A stretch of 64,000 bases of DNA from Candidatus Multivoradales bacterium. GTDB lineage: Bacteria; Acidobacteriota; Thermoanaerobaculia; Multivoradales; J023. Positions 10,002 through 19,387 of this stretch are shown here, one piece after another (the stretch's first letter is position 1; every line of letters begins with the position of its first letter). The notes beneath the pieces were generated by a model, which worked only from the letters and a program-made list of their open reading frames with translations, was not told the origin of the DNA and did not search any database. The stretch covers positions 618,766 to 682,765 of the forward strand of contig CBDFNS010000025.1 in assembly GCA_965250305.1 (NCBI GenBank), given 5' to 3'. Position numbers and translations under genes: made by a program.

Positions 10002-11291
10002 TCACTCGTTGATCCTCCGGACTTGCCAGCGTTCAGGCTCAGCTTCTCGGTCAAGAATCTCTACGAGGGCCAGCCACTCGCAGTCGCGAAGGGTCTCTGC
10101 GAGGGTCGCTGGGCGAATCTGGCGGCCAACCTGATCACGAGCGAGACCTAGGACGTCCTTGAATCGGCGAAAATTCGTTGGAATATTCCTGACAAGGGCT
10201 AAGGTGTCCTCTCCTAGGATGCTGAGTGCCTCTCGTGACGCATCACCTTGAAGTGGCAAACGCACTCGGTCTCTTTGTTTGACGAGCCCGTCAGACTTCA
10301 TCAAGTACTTTGTCACAATGCAGCCTAGCGGGTAGCCGCTCTTGCTGTACTCGATGTCTATCGCGTTGAAGCCATCTGACAGGAGCGGTGCAGAGATCGA
10401 GAAAATGGGTGAGTTAATATTCTGTGGGTCCGTTACGACTTCGACTTCGCCATTGTGAGTGTGTCCATGCAGGTACAAGATCGTCGGATTGGCTCCGGAC
10501 AGTTGCCGGCGAGCAGCTCCGCTATTGAGTAGGTGGCCGTAGAGCGCGACCTGAGTGAGCATCTGAGGCAACAGGTTGTGGTGGGTCAGAAGCAAGGCGA
10601 CGTCCGTAGTCTTTGATGCTTCAAGGTGCGAGGCGAGTTCTTGGAGGTCCTCTTCGAGGAAGGCTGGTGTGTCGAGAGTCTCTCCCAGAATATCGAAGTT
10701 CTTGTGGCGACCGCTGCTATTAATGTGTTCCTGTAGTAGCTGTTCCAAGACGGTCTTGATTGGTTCCGGATAGCTTCTCAATTCTCCACAGCCAATACAG
10801 GAGTTGATCGAGAAGAGCTGTACGCTGTTCCCAGCGGCGTTGCTCAACAGTGTCTTTCGTAGACCTTCGAGTTTGAAGATGGAAATGTGACATGCGTTCC
10901 AGCTCGCACCAAGGGGGCGGAACTTTTCAAGAAGTTCTGTGGATTCCTGCGCGACACCTCTGTCTACGTCGTGGTTGCCTGGTACAACGTGAATCTTATC
11001 TCTTGAGATTCTGCTTAGCGTTAGCGCTTCTGCAAGGTATTTTACACACTGCTTGTAGCCTTCGAGGTCGCCCCGAGACGTCAGGTCCCCGCAGATTGCG
11101 ACGCCATCTGCGGTTCGCACCTTATCAGCGAGTTTTCGGACGACTGTCTGAAGACGGTTGGGGGCGACAGCGGTTGAGAGGTGCTGGGGAAAACCTGGGT
11201 CTTTGATGTCACATTCTAGAGTGGCCTGGCAATCAGGCAGGTGAACATCGCCAATGTGAAGGAGTCGAATTGTTCGTGTTTCTGGCCTCAT
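10002..11291 (-). CDS. Calcineurin-like metallophosphoesterase with a C-terminal extension (possible wHTH)
   Basis: Full motif set HIGDVH, CGDLT, VPGNHD, LTHHN, LHGHTH; stop overlaps the NTPase ATG (ATGA). Confidence 0.9.
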   Translation of the reverse strand: MRPETRTIRLLHIGDVHLPDCQATLECDIKDPGFPQHLSTAVAPNRLQTVVRKLADKVRTADGVAICGDLTSRGDLEGYKQCVKYLAEALTLSRISRDKIHVVPGNHDVDRGVAQESTELLEKFRPLGASWNACHISIFKLEGLRKTLLSNAAGNSVQLFSINSCIGCGELRSYPEPIKTVLEQLLQEHINSSGRHKNFDILGETLDTPAFLEEDLQELASHLEASKTTDVALLLTHHNLLPQMLTQVALYGHLLNSGAARRQLSGANPTILYLHGHTHNGEVEVVTDPQNINSPIFSISAPLLSDGFNAIDIEYSKSGYPLGCIVTKYLMKSDGLVKQRDRVRLPLQGDASREALSILGEDTLALVRNIPTNFRRFKDVLGLARDQVGRQIRPATLAETLRDCEWLALVEILDREAEPERWQVRRINE

Positions 11292-11779
11292 GATATTGAA
11301 TCCAGGCAGGTGAAGACTTGTTCCTGCTTGAGAAAGGAGTTTGCTTTTCCTGCCAGAGGCAATTGTGGGTTTCGAGCGCTAGTTCTGGAGAAAGAGGTGG
11401 GGCTCACGTCATTTTCTAGTCAGTTCACTTTAGTTGGCTGGTGTTAGAGCTTAAGCCGCCCCTCAGGTCATGGCTCCTCTCCGTGACCTGAGGTTGCAGA
11501 CACCACTTCCTTTGCACGGCGCTCCTTCACTATACCGCATAGCGCGCAAGCAGAACCTCAGCTCATCTGCAGAGGCTTTCCTGCCAAGCAAGAGCTTGTC
11601 AGATAGTAGAAGCGAGGATGCACACGACTCACCCCGACAGGCCGAAGGCTTCAGTTTCTACGAGGGTGCCAAGACCGATAGCGAGACGACGGCGCAGGTG
11701 ATGGTGCGGAAGGGCGGGCAGCTAGTGCTGACCCAGGCCGCTGTGGCCACGCTGGGTGACGGGGTACAAGCTGTCTAGA

Positions 11780-12460
11780 TCGGGTACAGTCAAGACGAAG
11801 CTGTGCACGAAGCTGCCGGCCATCGACCCGCCACAGTGCGCAACCAGGTCGGCTTCAATGTAGCCGGGAGCCGGATCGCCCCAATCGCCGAACGTGCGCA
11901 CAGTTACCTGCCTCCGGATCGCCGAGTTGACGCCACCGCGTTGCTTTCGCCCTGTTTTCTCCCGAACGTGTCACGAACGGGCGCCAGTAGCCGGTCGATC
12001 GCCGATGCGCTCACCGTCAGCAGCCGTCGGCGCACCTCTTCGTCGAGTCGGAGGTGGACGTGTCGCTCCATCGACTCGACAAAGCTCGGCAAGATGGCTT
12101 TCAGGCGCTTTCCGCAGATCCGATCGGCCGTCTCCCACACGATGATCAAGGCTGTTCGAACAGCCTCGTCGTAGATCCGCTGACCTACTCGCTCAGGCGT
12201 GCCTGGCTGATCGGCATTCTGATTCAGAAGGCGCAACGCGTGCCTGCGATGGTAGCCAGTTACAGCCACGAACTCGTCGAGGATTCTGTTTTTCTCAACG
12301 CGCCCCTTACCTCGATACCGATCCTTGATCGCTGCCAGCAGCTCCTTGCGTGTTGCCATACTGATGCGTCTCCCCATGGGTGCCTCCCAGCGTCCATTCG
12401 GTGGGTAGCATTCTCATGAGGCAACGACACGCTACGGGTAGCAGAATCGCTGAGGCAACG
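11780..12460 (-). pseudogene. Truncated, frameshifted integrase-core (rve-type) transposase remnant with its terminal repeats
   Basis: ORF 12377-11904 (..ILDEFVAVTGYHRRHALRLL..ICGKRLK), continuing in another frame (..DLVAHCGG..); repeats GGGTAGCA..TGAGGCAACG at 12403-12426 and 12436-12460. Confidence 0.7.
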
Positions 12461-12790
12461 CGCCGGCCATTCTAATTGTCGCTGATCAGTTCGTACGCAT
12501 TCGCTACTTCGGCCTGCTCAAATCGCAATCGCGCCGAGACAACCAGACAGCTGCGCCTGCTGCTCGATATCGTGGTAGATGCAGCGGCGCCCGATGCCTC
12601 TGAGCCGAGCTCATGGGAGGCGCAGCTAACGCGCCTCGTCTGTAGCGATCCCAAGTGCTGTGGGAACTGTCACGGACACTGCCAGAATTCGCGTTAGTGA
12701 ACACGAAGTGTGACGACCCCTCTATAGAAGATCGGGTGATGAGGCGAGTTGGCCTCCAGCGGGCTACCGTAGCCGGCTGGAGGTCAGCCG

Positions 12791-14059
12791 ATGCCGAGAC
12801 GCCTGAGCCAGGAGGAGATCGTGACGATACGCGTACTGGCCGAGAAAGGTCAGAATCATTGTGAGATCGGGCGCACGGTGGGTGTGACGGAGAGCACGGT
12901 GCGGTACCACCTACGGCGCTCGGCCGAGGGCGCGGAGGATGGGCGTCGAGACAAACCACAGCGAGCCTCTACGCTGACGGAGGTGATCGCTGCGTGGCAC
13001 GCAGATCGAGAGGGCTACGCACGCCCGATTAACGTGATGGAGCTGTACGAGCACCTGGTGGGCGAGTACGACTACCCGGGCTCGTACCAGTCGGTGCGCC
13101 GCTTCGTTCGCCGGCACTACCCGAAGCCGCGGATGCGGACCTATCGACGAGTCGAGACGGTACCGGGAGCACAAAGCCAGACGGACTGGGCGGAGTTCCG
13201 CAAAGTCGATGTCGGCGCGGGCCCAGAGCCACTCTCGGCGTTCGTGATGCAGCTGTCGCACTCGCGCAAAGCGGCTGTGGTGTGGAGCCGTCGCAAGGAT
13301 CTGTTGAGCTGGCTGGCATGCCACAACGCCGCCTTCGAGCGCCTGGCTGGGATCGCGGCGGTCAACCGGATCGACAATGTCCGCACGGCGCTGGCCTCGG
13401 GAGCCGGGCCGTGGGGCACGATACACCCGGCCTACCGGGCCTACGCTCGGACCGTGGGTTTCCACGTGGACGCCTGCATGCCGCGGGATCCGCAGGCCAA
13501 GGGCAAGGTGGAGGCCGCGGTGCGGCTGTCACGTCTGCGTGTCGATCCGAGGCCGCAGTGTTTCGATCACCTCGAGGACCTGCAACACTGGACGGATGCA
13601 CGCCTTCTGGCTTGGTCGAAACGGGCGCTCTGCCCAGCGACAGGCCTCACCGTCGATGAGAGCTGGCATCGGGAGCTCGAGCGGCTGCAGCCGCTACCGA
13701 TCCTGCCCGAGCCGTTCGACATGGCGGTCACCCGGCCGGTGCACAAGGACTGCATGGTGCGCTTCGAGGAGCGCTCCTACCCGGTGCCCTTCCAGTGGGT
13801 CGGGCTACGCGTGGAAGTGCGCGGCTGCGCCGGTAAAGTCCAGATCCTGGCTGAGGGGCAGGTGCTTCGCGAGTACCGACGGCACACCCCGGAGCGCATA
13901 CTGATCGATCCGAGTTGCTACGAGGGTGAGGCCACCGATCGCGTGTTACCGCCGAGGCCGCTTGGCAAGATGGGTCGCAGGCTGCAGGAGATCTACGAGC
14001 AGCCAGTCGAACAGAGACCGGTCGATCTGTACGCCGCCCTGGCAGAGGTGGCGCGATGA
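12791..14059 (+). CDS. istA: IS21 transposase IstA
   Basis: HTH, ETVPGAQSQTDW, RIDN, PQAKGKVE motifs. Confidence 0.95.
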   Translation: MPRRLSQEEIVTIRVLAEKGQNHCEIGRTVGVTESTVRYHLRRSAEGAEDGRRDKPQRASTLTEVIAAWHADREGYARPINVMELYEHLVGEYDYPGSYQSVRRFVRRHYPKPRMRTYRRVETVPGAQSQTDWAEFRKVDVGAGPEPLSAFVMQLSHSRKAAVVWSRRKDLLSWLACHNAAFERLAGIAAVNRIDNVRTALASGAGPWGTIHPAYRAYARTVGFHVDACMPRDPQAKGKVEAAVRLSRLRVDPRPQCFDHLEDLQHWTDARLLAWSKRALCPATGLTVDESWHRELERLQPLPILPEPFDMAVTRPVHKDCMVRFEERSYPVPFQWVGLRVEVRGCAGKVQILAEGQVLREYRRHTPERILIDPSCYEGEATDRVLPPRPLGKMGRRLQEIYEQPVEQRPVDLYAALAEVAR

Positions 14060-14823
14060 CAGCGCGAAAGGGAAAGGTCGACCTCGATGCCACCTGCGCG
14101 CAGCTCGAGCAGGCGGGCTTGGCCCATGCCGCCGCCCGACTCGCGGAGCTGGTCGAGGAGGCTGCGAAGCAGCAGCTTTCAGCCCACCGCTTCCTCGACC
14201 GGGTCCTGACGGCCGAGCTCACCGAGCGCGAGGAACGCCGGATCAAGACGTCGCTGCGACTCTCCGGACTACCCACCGGCCAGACCCTCGGGAACTTCGA
14301 GTACGGCTTCCAGCCGTCGATGGAGAAGAGTCGCATCGAGACCCTCGCCACCTGCGCCTGGATCCGTGAGCACGCCACAACGGTGATCGCCGGACCCCCG
14401 GGAACGGGCAAGACTCACATCGCCATCGCTTTGGGCGTCAAGGCGATCGAGAACGGCTTCTCCGTCGCCTTCTTCCGCCTCGACGATCTACTGCACGCCA
14501 TGAAGCGCGACGCCGAGTTGGCGCCGCAGCGGCTACGACGCAAGAAGTACAACAACGTCTCGATGTTGATCATTGATGAGGTGGGCTTTCAGCCGCTCTC
14601 CCGGCCCGAGGCGAGCCTGTTCTTCCGCCTGGTCAGCTACCGATACCAGCGAGGCGCGACTCTGATCACCACCAACAAGGCGGTCAAGGACTGGCCCGAA
14701 ATCCTCGCCGGCGACGAAGCCATGGCGGCAGCGCTGCTGGATCGCCTGCTGCACCACTGCTACGTCTTCAACATCAAGGGACGCAGCTATCGACTCAGGG
14801 ACCTCGAGAGGATCCTCAAGTGA
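14056..14823 (+). CDS. istB: IS21 helper ATPase IstB
   Basis: GPPGTGKTH, LIIDEVG, LLDRLLHH, GRSYR; ATGA overlap with istA. Confidence 0.95.
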   Translation: MTARKGKVDLDATCAQLEQAGLAHAAARLAELVEEAAKQQLSAHRFLDRVLTAELTEREERRIKTSLRLSGLPTGQTLGNFEYGFQPSMEKSRIETLATCAWIREHATTVIAGPPGTGKTHIAIALGVKAIENGFSVAFFRLDDLLHAMKRDAELAPQRLRRKKYNNVSMLIIDEVGFQPLSRPEASLFFRLVSYRYQRGATLITTNKAVKDWPEILAGDEAMAAALLDRLLHHCYVFNIKGRSYRLRDLERILK

Positions 14824-15444
14824 GCCGCCCAAACCAAGAGGGCCATGGAAGGCGACGCGATATGGAAGCCGTGGAAAGCTGCTTCCCCCGACCCACCACC
14901 GCACCTCCCCACCGCTCCCACAACGCTTGGAAAACCCGCCCCAGGCCCCCGCCCGCGGGTTTACGACACCTCCCACAGCCCCGGCGACGACCGGTAGAGA
15001 TTGGAAGAAGCAGATGAAGAACCAGAACCAGGAACGGGGTCGTAAGAGTATGCGCCCCCTGACGTCGTAGAACGTGTCCATTGACAATCAGGGGTCGTCA
15101 AACTAGATGTTCACCAAGGTCGCGAAGGTACGTGTTCATTGACACCCTGTCGCCCGGCGTCAGCGAGCACCGCCATGAACCTCGGGTCTCATGCGAGCCG
15201 TTTCGGCGAGCGTATCCGTGCGCTCGCAATGGTTGACGTGCGCTCCACATCATGCCGCCTGCTATAGTCGATGTCGCTACTCGCAATAGGAGGCCGTGGT
15301 GCCTCTCCGAGACGCCAGTCAAGCTGCGCAATGCGCTGCGACTCGTCTCGGCGAACCCCACTCGGTCACGGAACGCTCGGCATCGAGGTGACGACGGGAA
15401 GTATTCAAACCCCATAGCGACCATACCCGCGCGGGCCGCGCCTC

Positions 15445-15577
15445 GTCCAACCTGGTCTATCCGAAATCTGGTTGATCTCGTCGGCCGACGTCCACCGCAT
15501 TGCGAAGACGGCGAGTTGTCGTGGGAACGTGCTGCGTAGACTTCGGATACTTCGGATAGACCACTATTCTGTTCTAC
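15445..15577 (+). other. Hairpin at the end of the IS91 remnant that forms the start point of a cassette (att-like), copy 1
   Basis: GTCCAAC..TGGTCTATCCGAA..TTCGGATAGACCA-CTATTCT-GTTCTAC; homology with copy 2 ends at the G of GTTCTAC (15571). Confidence 0.6.
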
Positions 15578-15621
15578 GGCTTCTAGCTGAACAATGAGAA
15601 CAACTGAAAAGGACCCGATCT

Positions 15622-16485
15622 ATGGGTGAGGGATGCGATGTAGCAGTGGACCTTTCCTCCAATGTGCGGCGTTGGATATCCCGCCAAGCCGCCGTCGGCG
15701 AGGAATCGCTCACAGATTGGCTCCTCTACGAGCTGTCTGATCGGCTTTCCTGGGTCCACTATCTGAAGTTCAACCGGCACCAAGAAGCACGCTCCACAGG
15801 AGCAGACTGGGATTGGTGGTTCGTTGGGGACGGCGGCAGTCTTGCTCTAAGAGTTCAAGCAAAGCGTCTGCGCTTCGGAGAAGATTGCTACAAGGGCCTT
15901 GCACATACGAATCGACATGGCCTGCAGATCGAGAAACTGATCGAGAGTTCAACTTCGAAAAACCTGATGCCCATGTATGCATTGTACTCTTCTCCCAGTT
16001 CCGATCCTTCCCTTCTCTGCGGAGGCAGACCCGCGGCAGCAGGCCAGGATGGTGTCTTCATTGCTGGCGCCATCGAGCTATATAACGGGTTCATCACTAA
16101 AGGCAGGGGCAAAGTCGAAGCTAGCGAGGTACTGGAACGGTCCAATCCATTGTCCTGCCTATTCTGCTGCCCGAAATCGCCACTGGCACGAGCTGTTGGA
16201 GGCGGTCCAGATCGTTTCAGCGACTGGTTCCGGATCTACTACAAGGACACTGTTGAAGGGATGATGGATCGTCTCCAAAAGCAGAAGATTCGGAATATCC
16301 GCGAAGACCAATCGCCAGGATTCCATAGGGAGCCTGCGCCTGCGGTGGTTGGTGCACTTCAGAACATCGAAGAGGGAATTCCAGACTGGTATGAGCAGGA
16401 ATTCTCCCGATACATGGATGATACAAACGCGCTTGTGATCTTTGATTTGCGCGGGCGCTTTGAGGATCACCATTATGAGCCGTAG
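15622..16485 (+). CDS. DUF6615-like protein, probable PD-(D/E)xK nuclease fold, carried as a gene cassette
   Basis: EESLTD, E..TGADWDWWF and LRVQAKRL motifs; stop codon lies in the attC R'' box. Confidence 0.7.
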   Translation: MGEGCDVAVDLSSNVRRWISRQAAVGEESLTDWLLYELSDRLSWVHYLKFNRHQEARSTGADWDWWFVGDGGSLALRVQAKRLRFGEDCYKGLAHTNRHGLQIEKLIESSTSKNLMPMYALYSSPSSDPSLLCGGRPAAAGQDGVFIAGAIELYNGFITKGRGKVEASEVLERSNPLSCLFCCPKSPLARAVGGGPDRFSDWFRIYYKDTVEGMMDRLQKQKIRNIREDQSPGFHREPAPAVVGALQNIEEGIPDWYEQEFSRYMDDTNALVIFDLRGRFEDHHYEP

Positions 16486-16548
16486 AACCCAGCAGCTCGA
16501 GACGCACGGCACGGCGCGGCGCCGGCGCTCAGCTGCGTCGCGTTATGC
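16478..16548 (+). other. attC-like site
   Basis: AGCCGTAGAAC (16478-16488) is the exact reverse complement of the cassette start GTTCTACGGCT (15571-15581); arms GCAGCT(C)GAG..CTCAGCTGC; R' GTTATGC at 16542-16548. Confidence 0.8.
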
Positions 16549-16569
16549 GCCGCACACGGGAATGTAGAT

Positions 16570-17283
16570 ATGAGTGATCACGGCGAGGAAACTCAAGCGG
16601 ACTCGCAAGGCGGCTCGCTAGCTGCAGATACGAGCACCTCCTCGGAGCAGAGAGTTCAGCTATTTAGCCTTATTGCAGCCTTCCTGACCATTTTCACGTT
16701 CCTGAAGGATGCAGCAGAGATCATGGAATTCATGGTCCAGAACATGGCGATCTCGCTCCTAGTTACGGCAGGGCTACTGGTCCTATTTGCCAGAGATTTG
16801 TTTGGGCTGAAAGCGGGAAGGCTGTGGTCCTATTTCGGTCCGATGATCAGTAGGCTGGGTCTTTTCTTGAGAAAGCTGGTCGATAGCAAAATAGCGATCT
16901 TCGGACGCGCCGGTATCGTCGTGGTGGCGTTGATGATCCTAGGAATCGCTTCGCTTCGAGTCTATGTTGCGGGGGTGTATTACATCCTATTAGAGAGCAG
17001 CCGCAATCAAGAGGCCACTGAAAAGCGGGTCGATCAGTTGAATGAGATTCTGCTCGAGAATGAGAAGGCCGACCTGATTCTGGAGGCAACTCGGCCTCTC
17101 GGAAGAAGCCAATACTACGGGATTACTATCGGGCCCATCTACAGCGAGGAGAAAGCCGACGAAATGTTCGAAGACCTAAAAGAGGTTCTTGGAGAGCAGG
17201 AGATTCGCGATGACGCGGGGGTTAAAGAAGTCCCGTTGTCTGTGATCTGGCGGAAGGCGACAGGATTCTTAAAATTCGATTGA
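16570..17283 (+). CDS. Hypothetical membrane protein with a possible C-terminal SPOR-like domain (cassette gene)
   Basis: About three hydrophobic segments, then YYGITIGPIYSEEKA; starts 21 nt after R'. Confidence 0.6.
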   Translation: MSDHGEETQADSQGGSLAADTSTSSEQRVQLFSLIAAFLTIFTFLKDAAEIMEFMVQNMAISLLVTAGLLVLFARDLFGLKAGRLWSYFGPMISRLGLFLRKLVDSKIAIFGRAGIVVVALMILGIASLRVYVAGVYYILLESSRNQEATEKRVDQLNEILLENEKADLILEATRPLGRSQYYGITIGPIYSEEKADEMFEDLKEVLGEQEIRDDAGVKEVPLSVIWRKATGFLKFD

Positions 17284-17304
17284 GGTACCCAAATTGGGGG
17301 AAAT

Positions 17305-17331
17305 GCATATCCATAACATGCAGGGGACGCC
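17305..17331 (+). other. Left half of an attC-like site, truncated by the adjacent IS
   Basis: GCATATC-CATAA-CATGCAGGGGACGCC closely matches the left arm of the site at 30244. Confidence 0.5.
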
Positions 17332-17350
17332 ACCGCCGCCTGGGACAAAC

Positions 17351-18787
17351 CTAGCAGGCCGTGGTGAAACCCCAATTGGCCCGCAACGAGAGTTCGCTGG
17401 CGATCGGTATGAAGGCCAGTGTTCTGTACGCGGATCCGAGGCGAGATTGGGCTTGGTAGGCGCTCGTCGCCTTGAAGGGGGCCAAACAACGTGGAATGCG
17501 GTTCCAAAAGGTAAGAAAAAGGCCGACAAGGGCCGCTTTCCGGTCTCTGAGACCCTTGGGCGTGCCGCTTCCGACGAGTTCGCGCATGACGAGGCCGAGA
17601 TTCAAACCGACTATGTGTACAAGGAGCCGCTTGCGAATGTTGGCGTGGCGGCGAAGGTGACATCGGCGGAGATTGCCTGACTCGTAACCATGGGCAAAGC
17701 CGCGTTCGAGCTTCTCGCCGCGTTGGCGTAACAAGGCTTTTCCTCGCTCGCCTCGAATGCGACGTCGATTGGCGTACGTTGCATCGCGCTCGGCCGGCTT
17801 CCCCTTCCAATTTCGACGGCCCCGACTGGGTTCTGAGATGTAGGAGCGAATGCCGTGATCGCGACACGCGGTAACCACGGCATTCGAGTGATAGCCCTTG
17901 TCTGCGACGATCTCGGCCATCGGTGTGTCGCTGACTCCTTCTGCGCTCTGCGGATCCGCGACGACCGCGCCAAGTGTCTCGAGGGCCTCCGAAATCGTTT
18001 CTTCAAAGGTCTGTGTGTCGCCCTTGCAACCGCCGTTGATCGTTACAGCTACGACCGCACCGCTGTCCATGTCGACGGCATGCTCGACCTTGTGAGCAAG
18101 TCTGGTACGACCGTCTTTCATCTTGGTGATCTTGGAATCCGGATCGTTCGGATTCGTCCAATCGTCGTTCTTGCCCTTGCCTTTACGTTTGCGATCCAGC
18201 TTCGCCAGATCTGATCGCGTCGGCGTCTCGATTCCTGAATCTTTGGCAAGCTGCTCCAGGAACTCGTCATACCGCTCGCCGCTGTCGCGGCGCACGATGC
18301 TGCGCAGAGCCGCATTCGCTTCCAACGTCGTCGAGTCAATACCAAGCGTCTTCGCACGAAGGAGGCCTGACTTTGCCAGCGTCCGAAGTGCCCACACGAA
18401 GACCGCTTGATGGCTCTCCAGTGAAATCAGCCGTCGATTACGAGAAATCGTCGAATGATCCGGTGGTGCGTCGCTGAGCTCGTAGCCCAGAAACTCGCGC
18501 AGCGAGATCGAGTCAGCTACGCGCCAAGCAATGCCACGCTCGGAATCGATCCCTTCGAAGTAGCCGATAAGAAGCAGACGAAAGTACACGGCCGAAGCAA
18601 GAGACGGGCGACCGACCTGGTCCGCGTAGAACTGAGCGCATTCGTTCTCGACGAAGGCGTCGAAGTCGTGCTTGTTCAAGAGCTGATTCAGCCGACGGTA
18701 GAACGGGTGGCCGGGCCCTCGAGCTAAACGATCCGCCCGAACGAACAACGAACGCTGCTGATTCTTCTTTCGTCGGCCCATCGCCAT
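17351..18787 (-). CDS. IS1182/IS5-like DDE transposase
   Basis: GRPS..Y, PDHSTISR, GIDST, VADKGYH, EKLERGFAH; stop TAG supplied by the CTAG target. Confidence 0.9.
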   Translation of the reverse strand: MAMGRRKKNQQRSLFVRADRLARGPGHPFYRRLNQLLNKHDFDAFVENECAQFYADQVGRPSLASAVYFRLLLIGYFEGIDSERGIAWRVADSISLREFLGYELSDAPPDHSTISRNRRLISLESHQAVFVWALRTLAKSGLLRAKTLGIDSTTLEANAALRSIVRRDSGERYDEFLEQLAKDSGIETPTRSDLAKLDRKRKGKGKNDDWTNPNDPDSKITKMKDGRTRLAHKVEHAVDMDSGAVVAVTINGGCKGDTQTFEETISEALETLGAVVADPQSAEGVSDTPMAEIVADKGYHSNAVVTACRDHGIRSYISEPSRGRRNWKGKPAERDATYANRRRIRGERGKALLRQRGEKLERGFAHGYESGNLRRCHLRRHANIRKRLLVHIVGLNLGLVMRELVGSGTPKGLRDRKAALVGLFLTFWNRIPRCLAPFKATSAYQAQSRLGSAYRTLAFIPIASELSLRANWGFTTAC

Positions 18788-18879
18788 TGGCTGCCTCCTC
18801 TGTTGCGGAGAATCTACACGCTACACACCAATACCCCAAAATCGGCTATCGGCTGAATCGAGACTTTCACCACGCCCTG
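17355..18879 (-). mobile_element. IS1182/IS5-like IS inserted at CTAG
   Basis: IRs CAGGCCGTGGTGAAA / TTTCACCACGCCCTG; CTAG at 17351-17354 and 18880-18883. Confidence 0.85.
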
Positions 18880-18883
18880 CTAG

Positions 18884-19266
18884 ACGGAAACTACGACCTT
18901 GGAGATCTGCTGCCCAGCTCTGTGAGCCGCATGAAGCGCCATCTGAATATTGGCGTGAAGTCGGCGAAGGCGTGGAAGAACGAGGAAGCGCAGAAGGCTG
19001 TAGAAGAACGACAACAGTGCTTCAAAGAGTGCCAGACGCGTCAGGGTGATGAACAGTGGGTGGTCAACAAAGCTGTGCACTACAATGAGTGGGCAGATTT
19101 TGCGCCAGAGGAGTTCGAGCCGGTGGTCGCAGCTTGCCACGATCTAGCCGAGTGCTTTCGGTGCAGCAAGTGCGGCTCGTGGCTGAGCGCGACCCCCAGG
19201 ACCAGTGCCAAGGTGCTGAAGTGCGATTGTTCTGAAGTAGCAATAAACTTAGAAGTGCCGCGGTGA
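18884..19266 (+). pseudogene. 3' fragment of a larger gene ending in a Zn-ribbon (CSKC..CDC)
   Basis: Open frame starts at the IS edge; N..VHYNEW and CxxC..CxC motifs; 5' part missing. Confidence 0.5.
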
Positions 19267-19387
19267 GGCTTACCGAGGCGTGAGCGGCGTGCTATGCCGA
19301 TCTTCAGCAATCTCCGGAACGGGGAGCGAAGGCTTCTGCGGACCAGGCAATGGACAGGACGTCTGGTGAGCGAACGAGGAATACGAG

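Larger units (their letters stand above)
6801..10005 (-). pseudogene. P-loop NTPase (ORC/CDC6- or STAND-like) split by ISL3; reconstructs to 634 aa (10005-9821 + 8520-6801)
   Basis: Walker A GSRGAGKT in the 5' part and Walker B-like RVCYDESE in the 3' part; removing ISL3 and one TSD gives ..KERLTNE|NLASVLP.. in frame. Confidence 0.8.
12668..15144 (+). mobile_element. IS21-family IS, copy 1 (right TSD lost)
   Basis: Ends TGTCACGGACAC / GTGTTCATTGACA, istA-istB pair, GGAAC on the left only. Confidence 0.9.
12501..15178 (+). pseudogene. IS91-family (Y2) transposase 3' remnant, copy 1, interrupted by IS21
   Basis: ..RYFGLL.NR..LRLLL..CGN before IS21 and ..RAPP* (stop 15178) after it; homologous to copy 2 from about 25541 to 28256. 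Confidence 0.65.

Noticed and set aside
11470-11778. Short ORF with a faint AbrB-like segment (VRKGGQLVL)
   Set aside because: Too short and degenerate, and it abuts a transposase remnant.
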